DNA of 64,000 bases, from contig BK006934.2 of NCBI GenBank assembly GCA_000146045.2, positions 128,001 to 192,000 on the forward strand, written 5' to 3'. Source of the stretch: TPA_inf: Saccharomyces (taxonomy: Eukaryota). Position 1 is the stretch's first letter. Each line of letters begins with the position of its first letter. Positions 42,799 to 56,065 of the stretch are shown in pieces. Position numbers and translations under genes: made by a program. The notes under the pieces were generated by a model, which saw nothing but the letters and a program-made list of their open reading frames with translations, did no database searches and was not told the DNA's origin.

Positions 42799-44970
42799 TC
42801 ATTTCAAAGTTTCTAAACGTTTATAGAAATCTTTTACTCTTTCATTGGTGCGAATCTTTCCTGGATCAAAGTTTAGGACCTGTAAGGTGTCCATAGTTAC
42901 CGCTCTTGACAGTGCAACATAAACTTGGCCGGCTTCGAAAATTCTCCTCAAGTCGACCTTTAGTCTTTGAATAGTTTGACCCTGTGCCTTATGAATGGAC
43001 AGTGCCCAGCATAGCATTAATGGAATCTGAGTTCTTTCTAACCCGACATTTTCTCTGGGAATATCAATGGGAAAGCGCTCTGGGACCATGAGCTCATGTA
43101 TGTACTTGTTTTTACCCACTGTCCACCTCACATAGGGGAATTTTTCCTTATGCGGAGAGATCTTAACTGCATAGTTTATCAAGATTTTCAAACGTTCCAA
43201 TCTAGCTAATGGCCTGGCATTCAAATCTTGACGAAACTCCTTTGATTCCTTTAACAAGGGATTACCAATGACCCGACTCACTAATCTCATGTCCATGACA
43301 ACTTCGTCATCCACAATCTTGTAAATTTCCTTCATTTTCACCACCAGCGATTCTGTAACAAAAAACAAAACTTTTCCCAATGATCCATTAACTAATTCTA
43401 CATCAGGCTTATTTTTCAACATCATTACCTGTGCATCTTCCTTCAATGCGACAACTTTTTCCACCATTAATGAAGAATCTAGTATCGCTTGGTATCTCTC
43501 GGGCGCGTTATCTACAGCTTTAAACTCATATAAATCACCAGGTAGAGACTGTAATTTCTTTACGTTGGATAGTTCAACTTCTCTTCTTGTGGCATACAGT
43601 TCTGTAGGAGCAATTCCATCGGCATAGTCTATATCCCTATTTAGGTTCCTTATTGTTTTAGCAATGTCGACAGTCAGCTCTCCGTATCTTATGGCATTTA
43701 GAATATCAATTAGTTTGTTATCCTGTTGTCTGAAAACCTTTGTCAGTAAAATCGTTTTTTGAATGCACCGTTTCCACATTTCACTTTCAAAACAAAATTT
43801 CACAACGTTATGCTCGTCCTTCTTAGCAACTGGTGGTAGTTGAAAAAAATCGCCTGTCAGGACCAATTGAATACCACCAAAGGGATCGTCGTTCTTCCGA
43901 ATTCTCCTTGCGATTTGCTCTAATTTATCCAACAGATTACCATCGACCATAGAAATTTCATCAATTATCAAAACTTTTGTATACCTCCATGCGGCCAATA
44001 AGTCCTTTTGTGATTGTATTTTTTTCACCAATTGGTCGATAGTTTTGTTCCCGATTCCTATACCAGACCACTTATGCAATGTGGAACCACCAATAGTCAC
44101 TGCCGCTAGCCCAGTTGAGGCGGTAATTGCAATTGATTCTTTCCCATACAAAGAGCTCAATTGTCTTATGATCGTTTGCAAAATGACCGACTTACCTGTA
44201 CCCGCACTACCGGTGTAAAAGACATTTGTTCTTTTTTTGACGATTAAATTAACCACTCTCTCTTGCTCCATTGTAAGTACCACTGGCGAAGACGCACTTC
44301 GGTGGTTCATTGAGTCCATATTTGATACTGTCTTTCTTAGCAGTGGTTTTATTTTCTTTGGTACTGTGAGCTTTAAACCTTGAAACTCCATAGAAGGTTT
44401 AGACCTCTTGGCTGGTCTTTCTGAATCAGTAGAAAGTTTCATGCTAGAATCTTCAATATTAATTGTACTAGTGAACGATAATTGTCTAGAATTGGATTTC
44501 ACGCTAGTAACCTCTCGCAAAGTCTCATCCTCATCAAAATGGTATGTTTTCTGAGTCGTGGACGCAGAGGCAGTCTTATGAAGAGAGCTGGTCATCGACA
44601 GCGATCTGCTAGACTTTTTATAGCTATTGAGTCTCGGCACATCTACCAATTTTTTGAATTCTGCGTCGGGATCATCATCTCCAAACGAACCTTGACTCTG
44701 CGAGAATAAGGAAGACGAATTATTCCGTATTAATCTTGGCCTAGGAGGTGCTGTTATATTACGGTTACCTTCGTCACCGCTTTCCAAATCAATTATTGTC
44801 GTGCTGTTTTTTGAAGCAGCAGCAGATTTTTTGCCGCAACCCATAAAGAACGAAGACAACGTTTGTTGCCTGTATGCGTGAGAGCCAGATGCCGAAGCAG
44901 CAGGTGTGCTACCATTTGAGGATCTTTTAGACCATTGCTTCTTGTTACCGGAGGCATGCGACCTGAACAT
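42799..44970 (-). CDS. RRM3: Pif1-family 5'-3' DNA helicase (723 aa)
   Basis: Ser-rich disordered N-terminus (with a PIP-like QQTLSSFF), then a helicase core (GSAGTGKS Walker A, DEISMV Walker B, …). Confidence 0.9.
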   Translation of the reverse strand: MFRSHASGNKKQWSKRSSNGSTPAASASGSHAYRQQTLSSFFMGCGKKSAAASKNSTTIIDLESGDEGNRNITAPPRPRLIRNNSSSLFSQSQGSFGDDDPDAEFKKLVDVPRLNSYKKSSRSLSMTSSLHKTASASTTQKTYHFDEDETLREVTSVKSNSRQLSFTSTINIEDSSMKLSTDSERPAKRSKPSMEFQGLKLTVPKKIKPLLRKTVSNMDSMNHRSASSPVVLTMEQERVVNLIVKKRTNVFYTGSAGTGKSVILQTIIRQLSSLYGKESIAITASTGLAAVTIGGSTLHKWSGIGIGNKTIDQLVKKIQSQKDLLAAWRYTKVLIIDEISMVDGNLLDKLEQIARRIRKNDDPFGGIQLVLTGDFFQLPPVAKKDEHNVVKFCFESEMWKRCIQKTILLTKVFRQQDNKLIDILNAIRYGELTVDIAKTIRNLNRDIDYADGIAPTELYATRREVELSNVKKLQSLPGDLYEFKAVDNAPERYQAILDSSLMVEKVVALKEDAQVMMLKNKPDVELVNGSLGKVLFFVTESLVVKMKEIYKIVDDEVVMDMRLVSRVIGNPLLKESKEFRQDLNARPLARLERLKILINYAVKISPHKEKFPYVRWTVGKNKYIHELMVPERFPIDIPRENVGLERTQIPLMLCWALSIHKAQGQTIQRLKVDLRRIFEAGQVYVALSRAVTMDTLQVLNFDPGKIRTNERVKDFYKRLETLK

Positions 44971-45343
44971 CGGGATGTCTTATAAGAACAAATCTCTCGA
45001 CTTTTGAGCTTGTTCTCCTCTGCTTATTGTTCGAGATGATGTTTATTTACATATTCTTTGACGTAATAATATCGGAATAATGCATGCGCATTCGGGTTAG
45101 CCCCGTTATAGGGAAAATGAAAAAAAAAAAAATAATAAAAAAAAAAAAGACTAAAAAAATAGAAGAGCACGGCAACTTAAAAAGAAAAAAAAAATTTATG
45201 ATAACTACAAAATAGTAAAGAACCCTGGCAAAAGAAATAAATCCGGTAAGGGAAGATAGACCGGCTTAAAAAGTACTTTTTCAGATTTGTCAAGGGTCTG
45301 TGTTAGCGGTGAAGAAGATAGAAGAAGAAGACGAAAGAAGACT

Positions 45344-47089
45344 ATGTCTAAACAATTTAGTCATACCACCAACGACAGAAGATCATCGATTATCTACTCC
45401 ACCAGTGTCGGGAAGGCAGGGCTTTTCACGCCTGCAGACTACATCCCACAGGAGTCAGAAGAAAACTTAATTGAGGGCGAAGAGCAAGAGGGTAGTGAAG
45501 AAGAACCTTCCTATACCGGCAATGACGATGAGACGGAGAGGGAAGGTGAATACCATTCGTTGTTAGATGCCAACAATTCGCGGACATTGCAACAAGAAGC
45601 GTGGCAACAAGGTTATGACTCTCACGACCGTAAGCGGTTGCTTGACGAAGAACGGGACCTGCTAATAGACAACAAACTGCTCTCTCAACACGGCAACGGT
45701 GGGGGAGATATAGAAAGTCACGGACATGGCCAAGCAATTGGACCGGACGAGGAAGAAAGACCAGCTGAGATTGCAAATACGTGGGAGAGCGCGATCGAGA
45801 GTGGTCAGAAAATCAGCACAACTTTTAAGAGAGAAACGCAAGTGATCACGATGAATGCGTTGCCGCTAATCTTCACCTTTATCTTGCAAAATTCGTTGTC
45901 ACTAGCATCTATTTTCTCCGTCTCACATTTAGGGACGAAAGAGCTAGGTGGTGTTACACTCGGTTCTATGACTGCTAACATCACGGGTCTTGCTGCTATT
46001 CAAGGTCTGTGTACATGTCTGGACACACTGTGTGCGCAGGCATACGGTGCCAAAAACTACCACTTGGTGGGTGTGCTAGTGCAGAGATGTGCTGTGATCA
46101 CCATCTTGGCGTTCTTGCCAATGATGTATGTTTGGTTTGTTTGGTCGGAAAAGATCCTAGCACTAATGATTCCGGAGAGAGAACTATGCGCGCTAGCGGC
46201 TAACTATCTACGTGTAACCGCATTCGGTGTGCCAGGATTCATCCTTTTTGAATGTGGTAAGAGGTTCCTACAATGTCAAGGTATATTCCATGCATCCACA
46301 ATCGTGCTCTTTGTGTGCGCACCCTTGAACGCATTGATGAACTACTTACTTGTTTGGAATGACAAGATTGGGATTGGGTACCTTGGTGCGCCATTATCGG
46401 TTGTGATCAACTACTGGTTGATGACGCTCGGATTACTAATATACGCAATGACCACCAAGCACAAGGAGAGACCACTCAAATGCTGGAATGGTATCATCCC
46501 TAAGGAACAAGCATTTAAGAACTGGCGTAAGATGATTAACCTAGCTATTCCCGGCGTGGTGATGGTGGAGGCAGAGTTCCTCGGCTTTGAAGTGTTGACA
46601 ATTTTCGCTTCCCATCTGGGCACCGATGCCTTGGGCGCTCAGTCGATTGTGGCTACGATTGCGTCTCTTGCATACCAAGTGCCTTTCTCTATCTCCGTTT
46701 CTACCAGTACACGTGTAGCCAATTTTATCGGCGCGTCGCTATACGACAGCTGCATGATCACGTGCCGCGTGTCCTTATTGTTGTCCTTTGTGTGCTCCTC
46801 AATGAACATGTTCGTTATCTGCCGTTATAAGGAACAAATCGCAAGTCTATTTTCTACTGAGAGCGCTGTAGTGAAGATGGTCGTGGACACACTACCTCTT
46901 CTTGCGTTCATGCAATTATTCGATGCCTTTAATGCGTCCACCGCCGGATGCCTACGTGGTCAAGGGAGACAAAAAAATAGGTGGGTACATCAACCTAGTC
47001 GCATTCTACTGCCTAGGTGTGCCCATGGCATATGTGTTAGCATTCCTGTATCATCTGGGTGTAGGCGGCTTATGGTTGGGTATAACTAG
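45344..47089 (+). CDS. ERC1: MATE-family transporter (581 aa), C-terminally frameshifted allele; the downstream +1-frame ORF (46902..47198) carries the last transmembrane helix
   Basis: The ORF-track start at 45287 is TTG; the first ATG is at 45344 ([15 protein letters not shown]…). Twelve-TM MATE core. The frame breaks at the A7 tract 46971-46977, and frame +1 continues …[45 protein letters not shown]… to 47198. Confidence 0.8.
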
Positions 47090-47547
47090 CGCGTTGGTAA
47101 TGATGAGTGTGTGTCAAGGATACGCCGTTTTTCATGGTGATAGACGCCGTATTCTCGGAGCGGCACGCAAGCGCAATGCTGAGACCCATACATCATGAAA
47201 CTCCTTCAGGGTCGAATGACGTATAGGGGAGATGCACACCCCCACCCCCGCATCACACCCAGTCTTCTAGCCAATTATGTTGGTAATTTTAAGGGTTTCG
47301 CCATGTGGCATGCCACCGGCAAAATAATACACGTGCCCGTACGGCACCAAACGGGCATGCATTTTTGCATTTGAAAAAGTTTGCTGCCCTTCATGTGCTT
47401 TTATGTATGCATACACATACACATTCGTGCATACATTCATTTATATATATATAGAGTGTGCATCGTGCATATGATTATTCATTACCACTTTTTTTGTTTT
47501 TGATTTTGTTCGTCAAAAGGAAGAGAAAAGGCATATCGAAGGGTGTA

Positions 47548-48819
47548 ATGACAAAAGCTTATACTATCGTTATCAAGCTGGGCAGTTCGTCGCTCGTCGA
47601 CGAGAGCACAAAAGAGCCAAAGTTGTCCATCATGACGTTAATCGTCGAGACCGTGACGAATCTTAAGCGCATGGGCCACAAAGTGATCATCGTATCCAGC
47701 GGCGGCATTGCCGTTGGTTTGGACGCTCTCAACATTCCGCACAAGCCTAAGCAGTTGTCTGAAGTGCAAGCGATTGCCGCTGTCGGACAAGGCCGTCTCA
47801 TCGCGCGCTGGAACATGCTGTTTTCCCAGTATGGCGAGCAAACAGCGCAGATCCTGCTCACGCGTAACGATATACTGCGTTGGAACCAGTACAATAACGC
47901 ACGCAATACAATCAACGAACTGCTGGCCATGGGTGTCATCCCTATAGTCAACGAAAACGATACGCTATCCATTAGCGAGATCGAGTTCGGCGATAACGAC
48001 ACGCTTTCTGCCATTACCGCTGCTCTTGTAGGGGCGGATTTCCTGTTCTTGCTCACAGATGTGGACTGCCTATATACAGACAATCCGCGCACTAATCCGG
48101 ATGCTCGTCCTATTGTTCTCGTGCCAGAGCTATCAGAGGGCCTTCCGGGCGTCAACACTTCCAGTGGTTCAGGCTCCGAGGTTGGCACGGGCGGAATGCG
48201 CACCAAACTCATAGCCGCCGACCTCGCCTCTAATGCCGGTATCGAGACTATTGTGATGAAGAGCGACCGTCCAGAGTACGTCCCGAAGATCGTTGACTAC
48301 ATTCAGCATCACTTCCGCCCTCCGCGCCATATCGGAAACGGCACACAGCAGCAGTTTCTCGATCTTCAGGATACGGAGCTCGAACAGTTGCGTCGCTACG
48401 ATGTTCCCATGCACACCAAGTTCTTAGCTAATGACAACAAACACAAGCTTAAGAACAGGGAATTTTGGATTCTGCACGGGCTCATTACCAAGGGCGCCAT
48501 TATCATCGACGAGAACAGCTATGATAAACTTTTGTCAAAGGATATGGCTAGTCTGACTCCAAACGCCGTGATCGAAGTCCGAGACAACTTCCACGAACTT
48601 GAATGCGTTGATCTCAAAATAGGCCAGCGGTTACCCAATGGCGAATTGGATATCTCGAAGCCGATTCAGTCTGTTGGATGCGTCCGCTCCAATTATACGA
48701 GTCTGGAGCTTGCGAAGATCAAGGGCTTACCCAGTGAGAAGATTCACGATGTTTTGGGCTACAGTGTGAGTGAATACGTAGCACATAGAGAAAACATCGC
48801 TTTCCCTCCGCAATTTTGA
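47548..48819 (+). CDS. YHR033W: Glutamate 5-kinase paralogue (PRO1-like), 423 aa from the ATG at 47548
   Basis: The ORF-track start at 47458 is GTG; the first ATG is at 47548 ([16 protein letters not shown]…). Amino-acid kinase fold plus a C-terminal PUA domain. Strikingly GC-rich codon usage. Confidence 0.85.
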   Translation: MTKAYTIVIKLGSSSLVDESTKEPKLSIMTLIVETVTNLKRMGHKVIIVSSGGIAVGLDALNIPHKPKQLSEVQAIAAVGQGRLIARWNMLFSQYGEQTAQILLTRNDILRWNQYNNARNTINELLAMGVIPIVNENDTLSISEIEFGDNDTLSAITAALVGADFLFLLTDVDCLYTDNPRTNPDARPIVLVPELSEGLPGVNTSSGSGSEVGTGGMRTKLIAADLASNAGIETIVMKSDRPEYVPKIVDYIQHHFRPPRHIGNGTQQQFLDLQDTELEQLRRYDVPMHTKFLANDNKHKLKNREFWILHGLITKGAIIIDENSYDKLLSKDMASLTPNAVIEVRDNFHELECVDLKIGQRLPNGELDISKPIQSVGCVRSNYTSLELAKIKGLPSEKIHDVLGYSVSEYVAHRENIAFPPQF

Positions 48820-48964
48820 GAATATTCCCTTTTTTTTACCGGATTAAAAAAAAAAAAAAAAATTCTGTTATAGATGCACATCATATCTCTCTCCTTTTTC
48901 CCGCTTTTATATATTCGTTCGTATTAGTCACAACAAAAACCAAAAGAATACTCGAAATGTTAGT

Positions 48965-49999
48965 TTATATATATATATATAGTGTGCGTTCTTTGCGGAT
49001 ATGGAAAATCTTGATATCTGCTGCATTCACGACTATGTCGCGCGGCAAAGGTATGCTCAGCTTACCGTTAATGTATAAAATATTCTCTGCGAAGTTGTAG
49101 CTCGGAGAGAACCGGTCCGGCTTCGAGTTCGGAGCTTTGTTCTCAATAAGAATTCGCAGCTTGTAGGCGGCCCCTTTGAACCTCTTCATCTTTACCTCGT
49201 ATTCCGGCACGTCCTCCTGCTGCTCGTGCGGTGCAGGTGCAGGTGCAGGTGCCTGTTTCAGGTTTCTGTGAGCAATCTCGTTCTTATCAATCTCCTCTAT
49301 CTTGGCTCCGGAGATTTTGTTCTCGATAGGGAACAATGGTGGTAGTGTTCCATCGTCGGGATCATTATTATCATCGCCATCGTCATTCCTTCCTCTCAAT
49401 ATACTCATCGGGTCTCCGGCCTCCTCTTCTATGATTTTATGCATTTTTGCCTTGTAATCTTGATGTAACTCATCATTCAATACCTCTAGTGCAGGAAGCT
49501 CAGCGCCCTTCTTCTTCATCTTGGGGAATGCAATGCGATCTCTGCACAATACCACCGAATCTCGGATCTCACATGACTCCAAGCACCATTCGACCAGTAT
49601 CTCTCGCAGTTGGATATCATCGCATATCCAGCGCGAGCAATCGCTATTTATGCAGCAATCCCACACATAGCACTCCTGCCCCTTCTTGTCATGGTCCATG
49701 CGGTAGCAGGATGTAATAATAGGAATCTCCCATTCGTTTTGGATGATGAGCGGGAACACTATCCTTGCATTAAAATCGACCTCAGGTTTGGGCACTAACG
49801 GAGAGTGACAAACATTGATGAACACCTTCCTGCCATCTTGCAGTTTTTCCGGCCCATTAGCGGATAATAGTTTTGTCTTAATTACAAAATCTGCGATGGG
49901 CTCAATTTTAGACACCGATCCGTCTGCAGCGTCCACCGACACGTACTTGTCCTCGTTTCTATGACGTTGCTTAATTGGTCTCAATAAGAAATCGGCCAT
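48965..49999 (-). CDS. PIH1: R2TP complex component Pih1 (344 aa)
   Basis: PIH1 N-terminal domain. Internal (GGTGCA)n repeat encoding APAPAPAP (49231-49254). Confidence 0.85.
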   Translation of the reverse strand: MADFLLRPIKQRHRNEDKYVSVDAADGSVSKIEPIADFVIKTKLLSANGPEKLQDGRKVFINVCHSPLVPKPEVDFNARIVFPLIIQNEWEIPIITSCYRMDHDKKGQECYVWDCCINSDCSRWICDDIQLREILVEWCLESCEIRDSVVLCRDRIAFPKMKKKGAELPALEVLNDELHQDYKAKMHKIIEEEAGDPMSILRGRNDDGDDNNDPDDGTLPPLFPIENKISGAKIEEIDKNEIAHRNLKQAPAPAPAPHEQQEDVPEYEVKMKRFKGAAYKLRILIENKAPNSKPDRFSPSYNFAENILYINGKLSIPLPRDIVVNAADIKIFHIRKERTLYIYI

Positions 50000-50218
50000 C
50001 GGTTAAGGTCTGTTTGTTCGCTTTGAAAAGTCTGTTCCCTGTATTCCTTTTTCTTCCATGCATATGAATTCAAGAATTCCTAGTTTTTTTCTATCATTAT
50101 TGTCTTCTGATTTTTTTTAAGGAAAAAAAATATCAAGAGTAAAAATAGTGATCAGGTACTGAATCCTGTATTTGTACAATACTGCAATCTAGCACCAAAT
50201 TTGGCCAAGGAAGTGCCT

Positions 50219-52111
50219 ATGTGTTCTCCAACTAATTTCTTATATGAGCCCTTTTCCAGCGATGCTGTGACGCAGAACTATGACCAAAATCTAAAATGCA
50301 CCAAATGTGGCGCCTATTATTCGATGGCTTGTTCCCTACGAGAACAGAATGTTTGGACTTGTCTATTCTGCAACCAATCAAACTCAAATGCTGAATTGCC
50401 ACTGGTACCTTCCAACACCTATACATTGACTTCTGCAAAGAAAGAAATACTTTCAAGACGGACCATTATGATTATAGACGCTATTTGCGATCCTCATGAG
50501 CTAAATTATTTAGTTTCCATTCTATGTAATAATTACATCACAAGACAACAAGAGCCACTATCAATAATTACTATTCAGCAATCAGGTCATGTGATTTTAC
50601 ACAATGCTGTGAATCACAGACGTGATGCTGTATTTTCAATAAATGAATTTATGACCAAATATAATCTTGATAAATTAAATGCCAGTTACTTCGAGAAAAA
50701 AATTTCAGAAATCAATCAAGAATCATACTGGTTTGATAAATCTACTCAGGGTTCTTTAAGAAAATTGCTACGGGAAATATGCAAGATTGCAAACAAAGTG
50801 AATATCAGTTCTAAAAGGGACAAGCGTTGCACCGGATTAGCGCTGTTCGTTTCATCCGTACTGGCGTCTCAGTGCAGTTTGTCAGCCTACTGTCATATAG
50901 TTTCATTCCTGAATGGTCCATGTACTAAGGGTGGCGGCAAAGTTATGTCAAGAGAACGTGGTGAAAGCATGAGACAAAACCACCATTTTGAATCCAAAAG
51001 TTCACAATTGCAACTATCAAAAAGTCCGACAAAATTTTACAAGAAAATGCTTGAAAAATTTGCAAACCAATCGTTAATCTATGAATTCTTTATAGCTTCA
51101 TTGGATCAAATCGGTATACTCGAAATGAGTCCATTAATAACTTCGTCAATGGCAGTTTCTCAGTTTGATTCATTCAATGATGAGAGATTCGCAATGTCTT
51201 TTCAAAAGTACCTGAACTTGCGTGACCATAATGCCATTTACAATTGTCATTCAAAGATAATGACCGCAAAGAACGCTATTGTCGTTAAGGACTTCCCAAA
51301 ATATAGCTTAAACCCTAAAAACCTTTCTCTACCATTAGAAATCTCACTAGGTCACAATTCAGCTGAAGCTCCTATACAGTTTCAAACCACTTTTGAAAAT
51401 CAAACGGAAAAATACATAAGAATTGAAACCCTCTTATTGCCAAAAGCCAATAGATCATTTGGGGCACAAAATGAAATTGTGTTTTCAATGAAAAAGATAG
51501 CCTCACGAATTATCGATAGCTTTGCTTACTCATCCAAGCACACTAAAGAATTGATGAAGCAATTGTTTCTATTACCAAATCAAATCCGGGGAAAAGACGT
51601 AGATATGGTCAATCTGATACAGTGGTGTTATCATATATATAGGTCTCCAATTCTATCGGTTCGGAATACTTCACCTGATGAAAGGTACCTTTTTCTTCAC
51701 CGAATAATAAACGCTTCTAAAGACACATGCCTTTCATTATGCAAACCCTTCATCTGGAGTTACAGTGATTTGAAACACGACTGGATCGTGTTGGATGTCC
51801 CATTAACAAGAGCCCAGATACTTCAAGATGATAAAACCACCATTTGTGTAGATGGTGGCTCGTACTTAGTTTTAAGAAGGGGAAAACTTTTGGAAAAAGA
51901 AGGTCGCGAGCTCTGTTGCAAGCTTTTAAATGACTTGCAAAGGTTTCCGCAGCCATTATATGTTGAAACTAAAACCGGTGGCAGTCAGGACCGTTTCTTG
52001 AAAAGCAAAATTATTCCCTTGGACATCACTGACAAGGAAACTCTTGGTACAGAGGATATGACATTCAATGAATATTTCAACTTGTTCACCGATCTAAGTG
52101 GAAGCAAATAA
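50219..52111 (+). CDS. NEL1: Sec23-like GTPase-activating protein (630 aa from the ATG at 50219)
   Basis: The ORF-track start at 50201 is TTG; the ATG is at 50219 (MCSPTNFLYEPF…). N-terminal Zn-finger Cys cluster (CTKCGAYYS…CLFCNQSN) typical of the Sec23/Sec24 family. Confidence 0.8.
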   Translation: MCSPTNFLYEPFSSDAVTQNYDQNLKCTKCGAYYSMACSLREQNVWTCLFCNQSNSNAELPLVPSNTYTLTSAKKEILSRRTIMIIDAICDPHELNYLVSILCNNYITRQQEPLSIITIQQSGHVILHNAVNHRRDAVFSINEFMTKYNLDKLNASYFEKKISEINQESYWFDKSTQGSLRKLLREICKIANKVNISSKRDKRCTGLALFVSSVLASQCSLSAYCHIVSFLNGPCTKGGGKVMSRERGESMRQNHHFESKSSQLQLSKSPTKFYKKMLEKFANQSLIYEFFIASLDQIGILEMSPLITSSMAVSQFDSFNDERFAMSFQKYLNLRDHNAIYNCHSKIMTAKNAIVVKDFPKYSLNPKNLSLPLEISLGHNSAEAPIQFQTTFENQTEKYIRIETLLLPKANRSFGAQNEIVFSMKKIASRIIDSFAYSSKHTKELMKQLFLLPNQIRGKDVDMVNLIQWCYHIYRSPILSVRNTSPDERYLFLHRIINASKDTCLSLCKPFIWSYSDLKHDWIVLDVPLTRAQILQDDKTTICVDGGSYLVLRRGKLLEKEGRELCCKLLNDLQRFPQPLYVETKTGGSQDRFLKSKIIPLDITDKETLGTEDMTFNEYFNLFTDLSGSK

Positions 52112-52344
52112 CTCGCTAAATATTCTTGCTGCACTTTGCGACGCCTGTATTGGCGAAAACAAAAAGTAAAGAAAAAAAAACTTTAGATGAAATAGAGCAA
52201 AATTCCCTAAGACAATAGAAGATACAAAAGCAAGTTGGGCCCTTAATTTCATCAAAGGTATAGCATCTCATCAAATAGTCGCTTGTTTATCGCAATACTT
52301 GCTTATTGAGTAGTTGTATTATAACGTTATATAGGATCTTCCAT

Positions 52345-53760
52345 ATGGAAAGTTTTGAAAATTTGAGCATAAGAGACAGTTTCACTAGCGGAATGGAACA
52401 CGTTGACGAGGAGTTAGGAGGCCTCTCCGACCTAAGTATATCTAAGCAGGGGCCAACTTTGTCACCACAGCTTATCAACCGATTTATGCCCCATTTTCCC
52501 TCGAGCCCATCACCTCTGCGAAATACATTGGATTTTAGTGCTGCTAAAGCTGATGAGGAAGAAGATGACCGAATGGAAATAGATGAGGTTGATGATACAA
52601 GTTTTGAAGAAGAATATAATAACGAGCCAATCGAAACTCATACTGAAGCGACTGAGAATGCCGTGGTGGAAGAAATCGAGGCTACCCCAGAAGAAAGACA
52701 AAAGCAAGAGAAGAATGAAAGCCAAGACCAAAGTGTAGAAGAGGTCGAGAACATTGTTTCACCGCATCGTTCAACTGTCATAAAGGCATTATTATCACCG
52801 ACCGATTTAGGTGTGGCCGCAGCTACTAAAGTTGAAGGTGTTGTGCCATTACCACCATCGGCCAATCAAGATGACAATGAAAGTTCGAATAACAACGCAG
52901 AGGGTGAAGACATAATCAGAAATGAAGAAGTCGAAGATGAGATCAAATCATCACTTGGCAACCACAAGTCAAGCCAGTACGCAAATGCGTTCGATTCGGA
53001 AATAATCAAGAGGGAATTAAGATCAAGATCAAAATATCAACCAATTCAGGTTTCATTCAATACACACAACTACTTCTATTCAGATAAGGACGGCATTAAA
53101 ACTTATTCTCTTACTAAACCAAATCACAATAAAATAGATGAATTTTACGACCAAAATGAAGCTTTCAAGTTGCCTAAACCATGGTCACCCAATTCACATC
53201 CGGCATCAAGAGCGTCATATGCCCTAATGTCATATTTACAGTTATTTCTCAATGCGATCACTACAGTAGTGATTTTTAGTTTTATACTCTCATTTATCAT
53301 AGCGCTTCAAAAGGACTTGAAATCCACATGGGAACAAAGAAAACATGAACTGCAGTACGAATCCAGAATTTGTCAAGAGCAGTACCTCACAAATCGTTGT
53401 AACCAGACGCCTGGCTTGCCGGCTCTGGGCGAACAATGTGCTATATGGAAACAGTGTATGGACAGAAATAACGATATCTTTTTCCGTGCAAGATCAACGT
53501 TGAGCGCAAAATTGTTCGGAGACATTATCAACTCATTCATAGATCCATTAAACTGGAAAACACTATTTGTTATTTTTTGTGGTGTGATAACTTGGTGTTT
53601 CAGTTCGAATTTCTTACTGGGTTTTGTAAGAGCCAAGAGCTACTATGGCAATGGCATCAAAACATATCCCTTGCCATCTTCACCGAAATCGCCGACATCA
53701 GAAGAAACACACTCATCTATGACAGCATCTGGAGAGGACTCACACCTACTTAAGCAATAG
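52345..53760 (+). CDS. BRL1: Nuclear envelope integral membrane protein Brl1 (471 aa from the ATG at 52345)
   Basis: The ORF-track start at 52306 is TTG; the ATG is at 52345 (MESFENLSIRDSF…). Acidic N-terminus, TM helices, conserved Cys-rich lumenal motif (CQEQYLTNRCNQTPGLPALGEQCAIWKQC). Confidence 0.85.
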   Translation: MESFENLSIRDSFTSGMEHVDEELGGLSDLSISKQGPTLSPQLINRFMPHFPSSPSPLRNTLDFSAAKADEEEDDRMEIDEVDDTSFEEEYNNEPIETHTEATENAVVEEIEATPEERQKQEKNESQDQSVEEVENIVSPHRSTVIKALLSPTDLGVAAATKVEGVVPLPPSANQDDNESSNNNAEGEDIIRNEEVEDEIKSSLGNHKSSQYANAFDSEIIKRELRSRSKYQPIQVSFNTHNYFYSDKDGIKTYSLTKPNHNKIDEFYDQNEAFKLPKPWSPNSHPASRASYALMSYLQLFLNAITTVVIFSFILSFIIALQKDLKSTWEQRKHELQYESRICQEQYLTNRCNQTPGLPALGEQCAIWKQCMDRNNDIFFRARSTLSAKLFGDIINSFIDPLNWKTLFVIFCGVITWCFSSNFLLGFVRAKSYYGNGIKTYPLPSSPKSPTSEETHSSMTASGEDSHLLKQ

Positions 53761-53810
53761 ATTGTGCTATCTGGGACAGTAACAATGCTTATCTACGCCA
53801 TCGGACATCT

Positions 53811-53826
53811 CGGGAAGCCAACTCCG
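53811..53826. promoter_or_regulatory. Put3 UAS (CGG-N10-CCG: CGGGAAGCCAACTCCG) ~150 bp upstream of PUT2
   Basis: Zn2Cys6 everted CGG…CCG triplets with an exact 10-nt spacer, seen directly. Consistent with the proline-utilisation UAS. Confidence 0.55.
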
Positions 53827-53931
53827 AAGCCGACAAAAATTGGATAGGCCTACTATATAAGGGTGACAGGACAGCTGACTTTACTCCAGAAGTATATCCA
53901 TGGAAAATATGTAATAATACAAACAAGTTAA

Positions 53932-55704
<1,773 letters not shown>

Positions 55705-56065
55705 AAAAATTTTTGTGGAATAGAACCGCGAATGCAGTCACTTCATCCATCAACTCATGTAAATGTTAGATTATCGAAAAAAGGGTTTTGATTACTTCAT
55801 TAGGTTTTTTTAGTTTTACAATTTTAATTTATCTAGGTAAATAGTTTAAAAATATTCATTGAACCAACCGTCCAAATTCCCGTTCTATATTCTGTCATGA
55901 CTTACTTATTCACGTTGCTATTTATTCGCCGCATATTCATTCTGTTTTTGGCATAAGGACCCGTCCGGAAACAGAACATCAATTTATTAAATACGTCCAT
56001 TCGTAAGCTTAAAGATGGAAACTTTGGCGAGCAGTCCCTGACAAGAAAAATAACAGCAAGAAATA

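Noticed and set aside
47559-48212. 217-aa ORF on the minus strand entirely inside YHR033W (also 47638..47841, 48169..48414)
   Set aside because: Antisense to a strongly conserved kinase domain. Long stop-free antisense frames are expected in GC-rich coding DNA (stop codons are AT-rich). The protein is Ser/Arg/Pro-rich low complexity with no recognisable fold.
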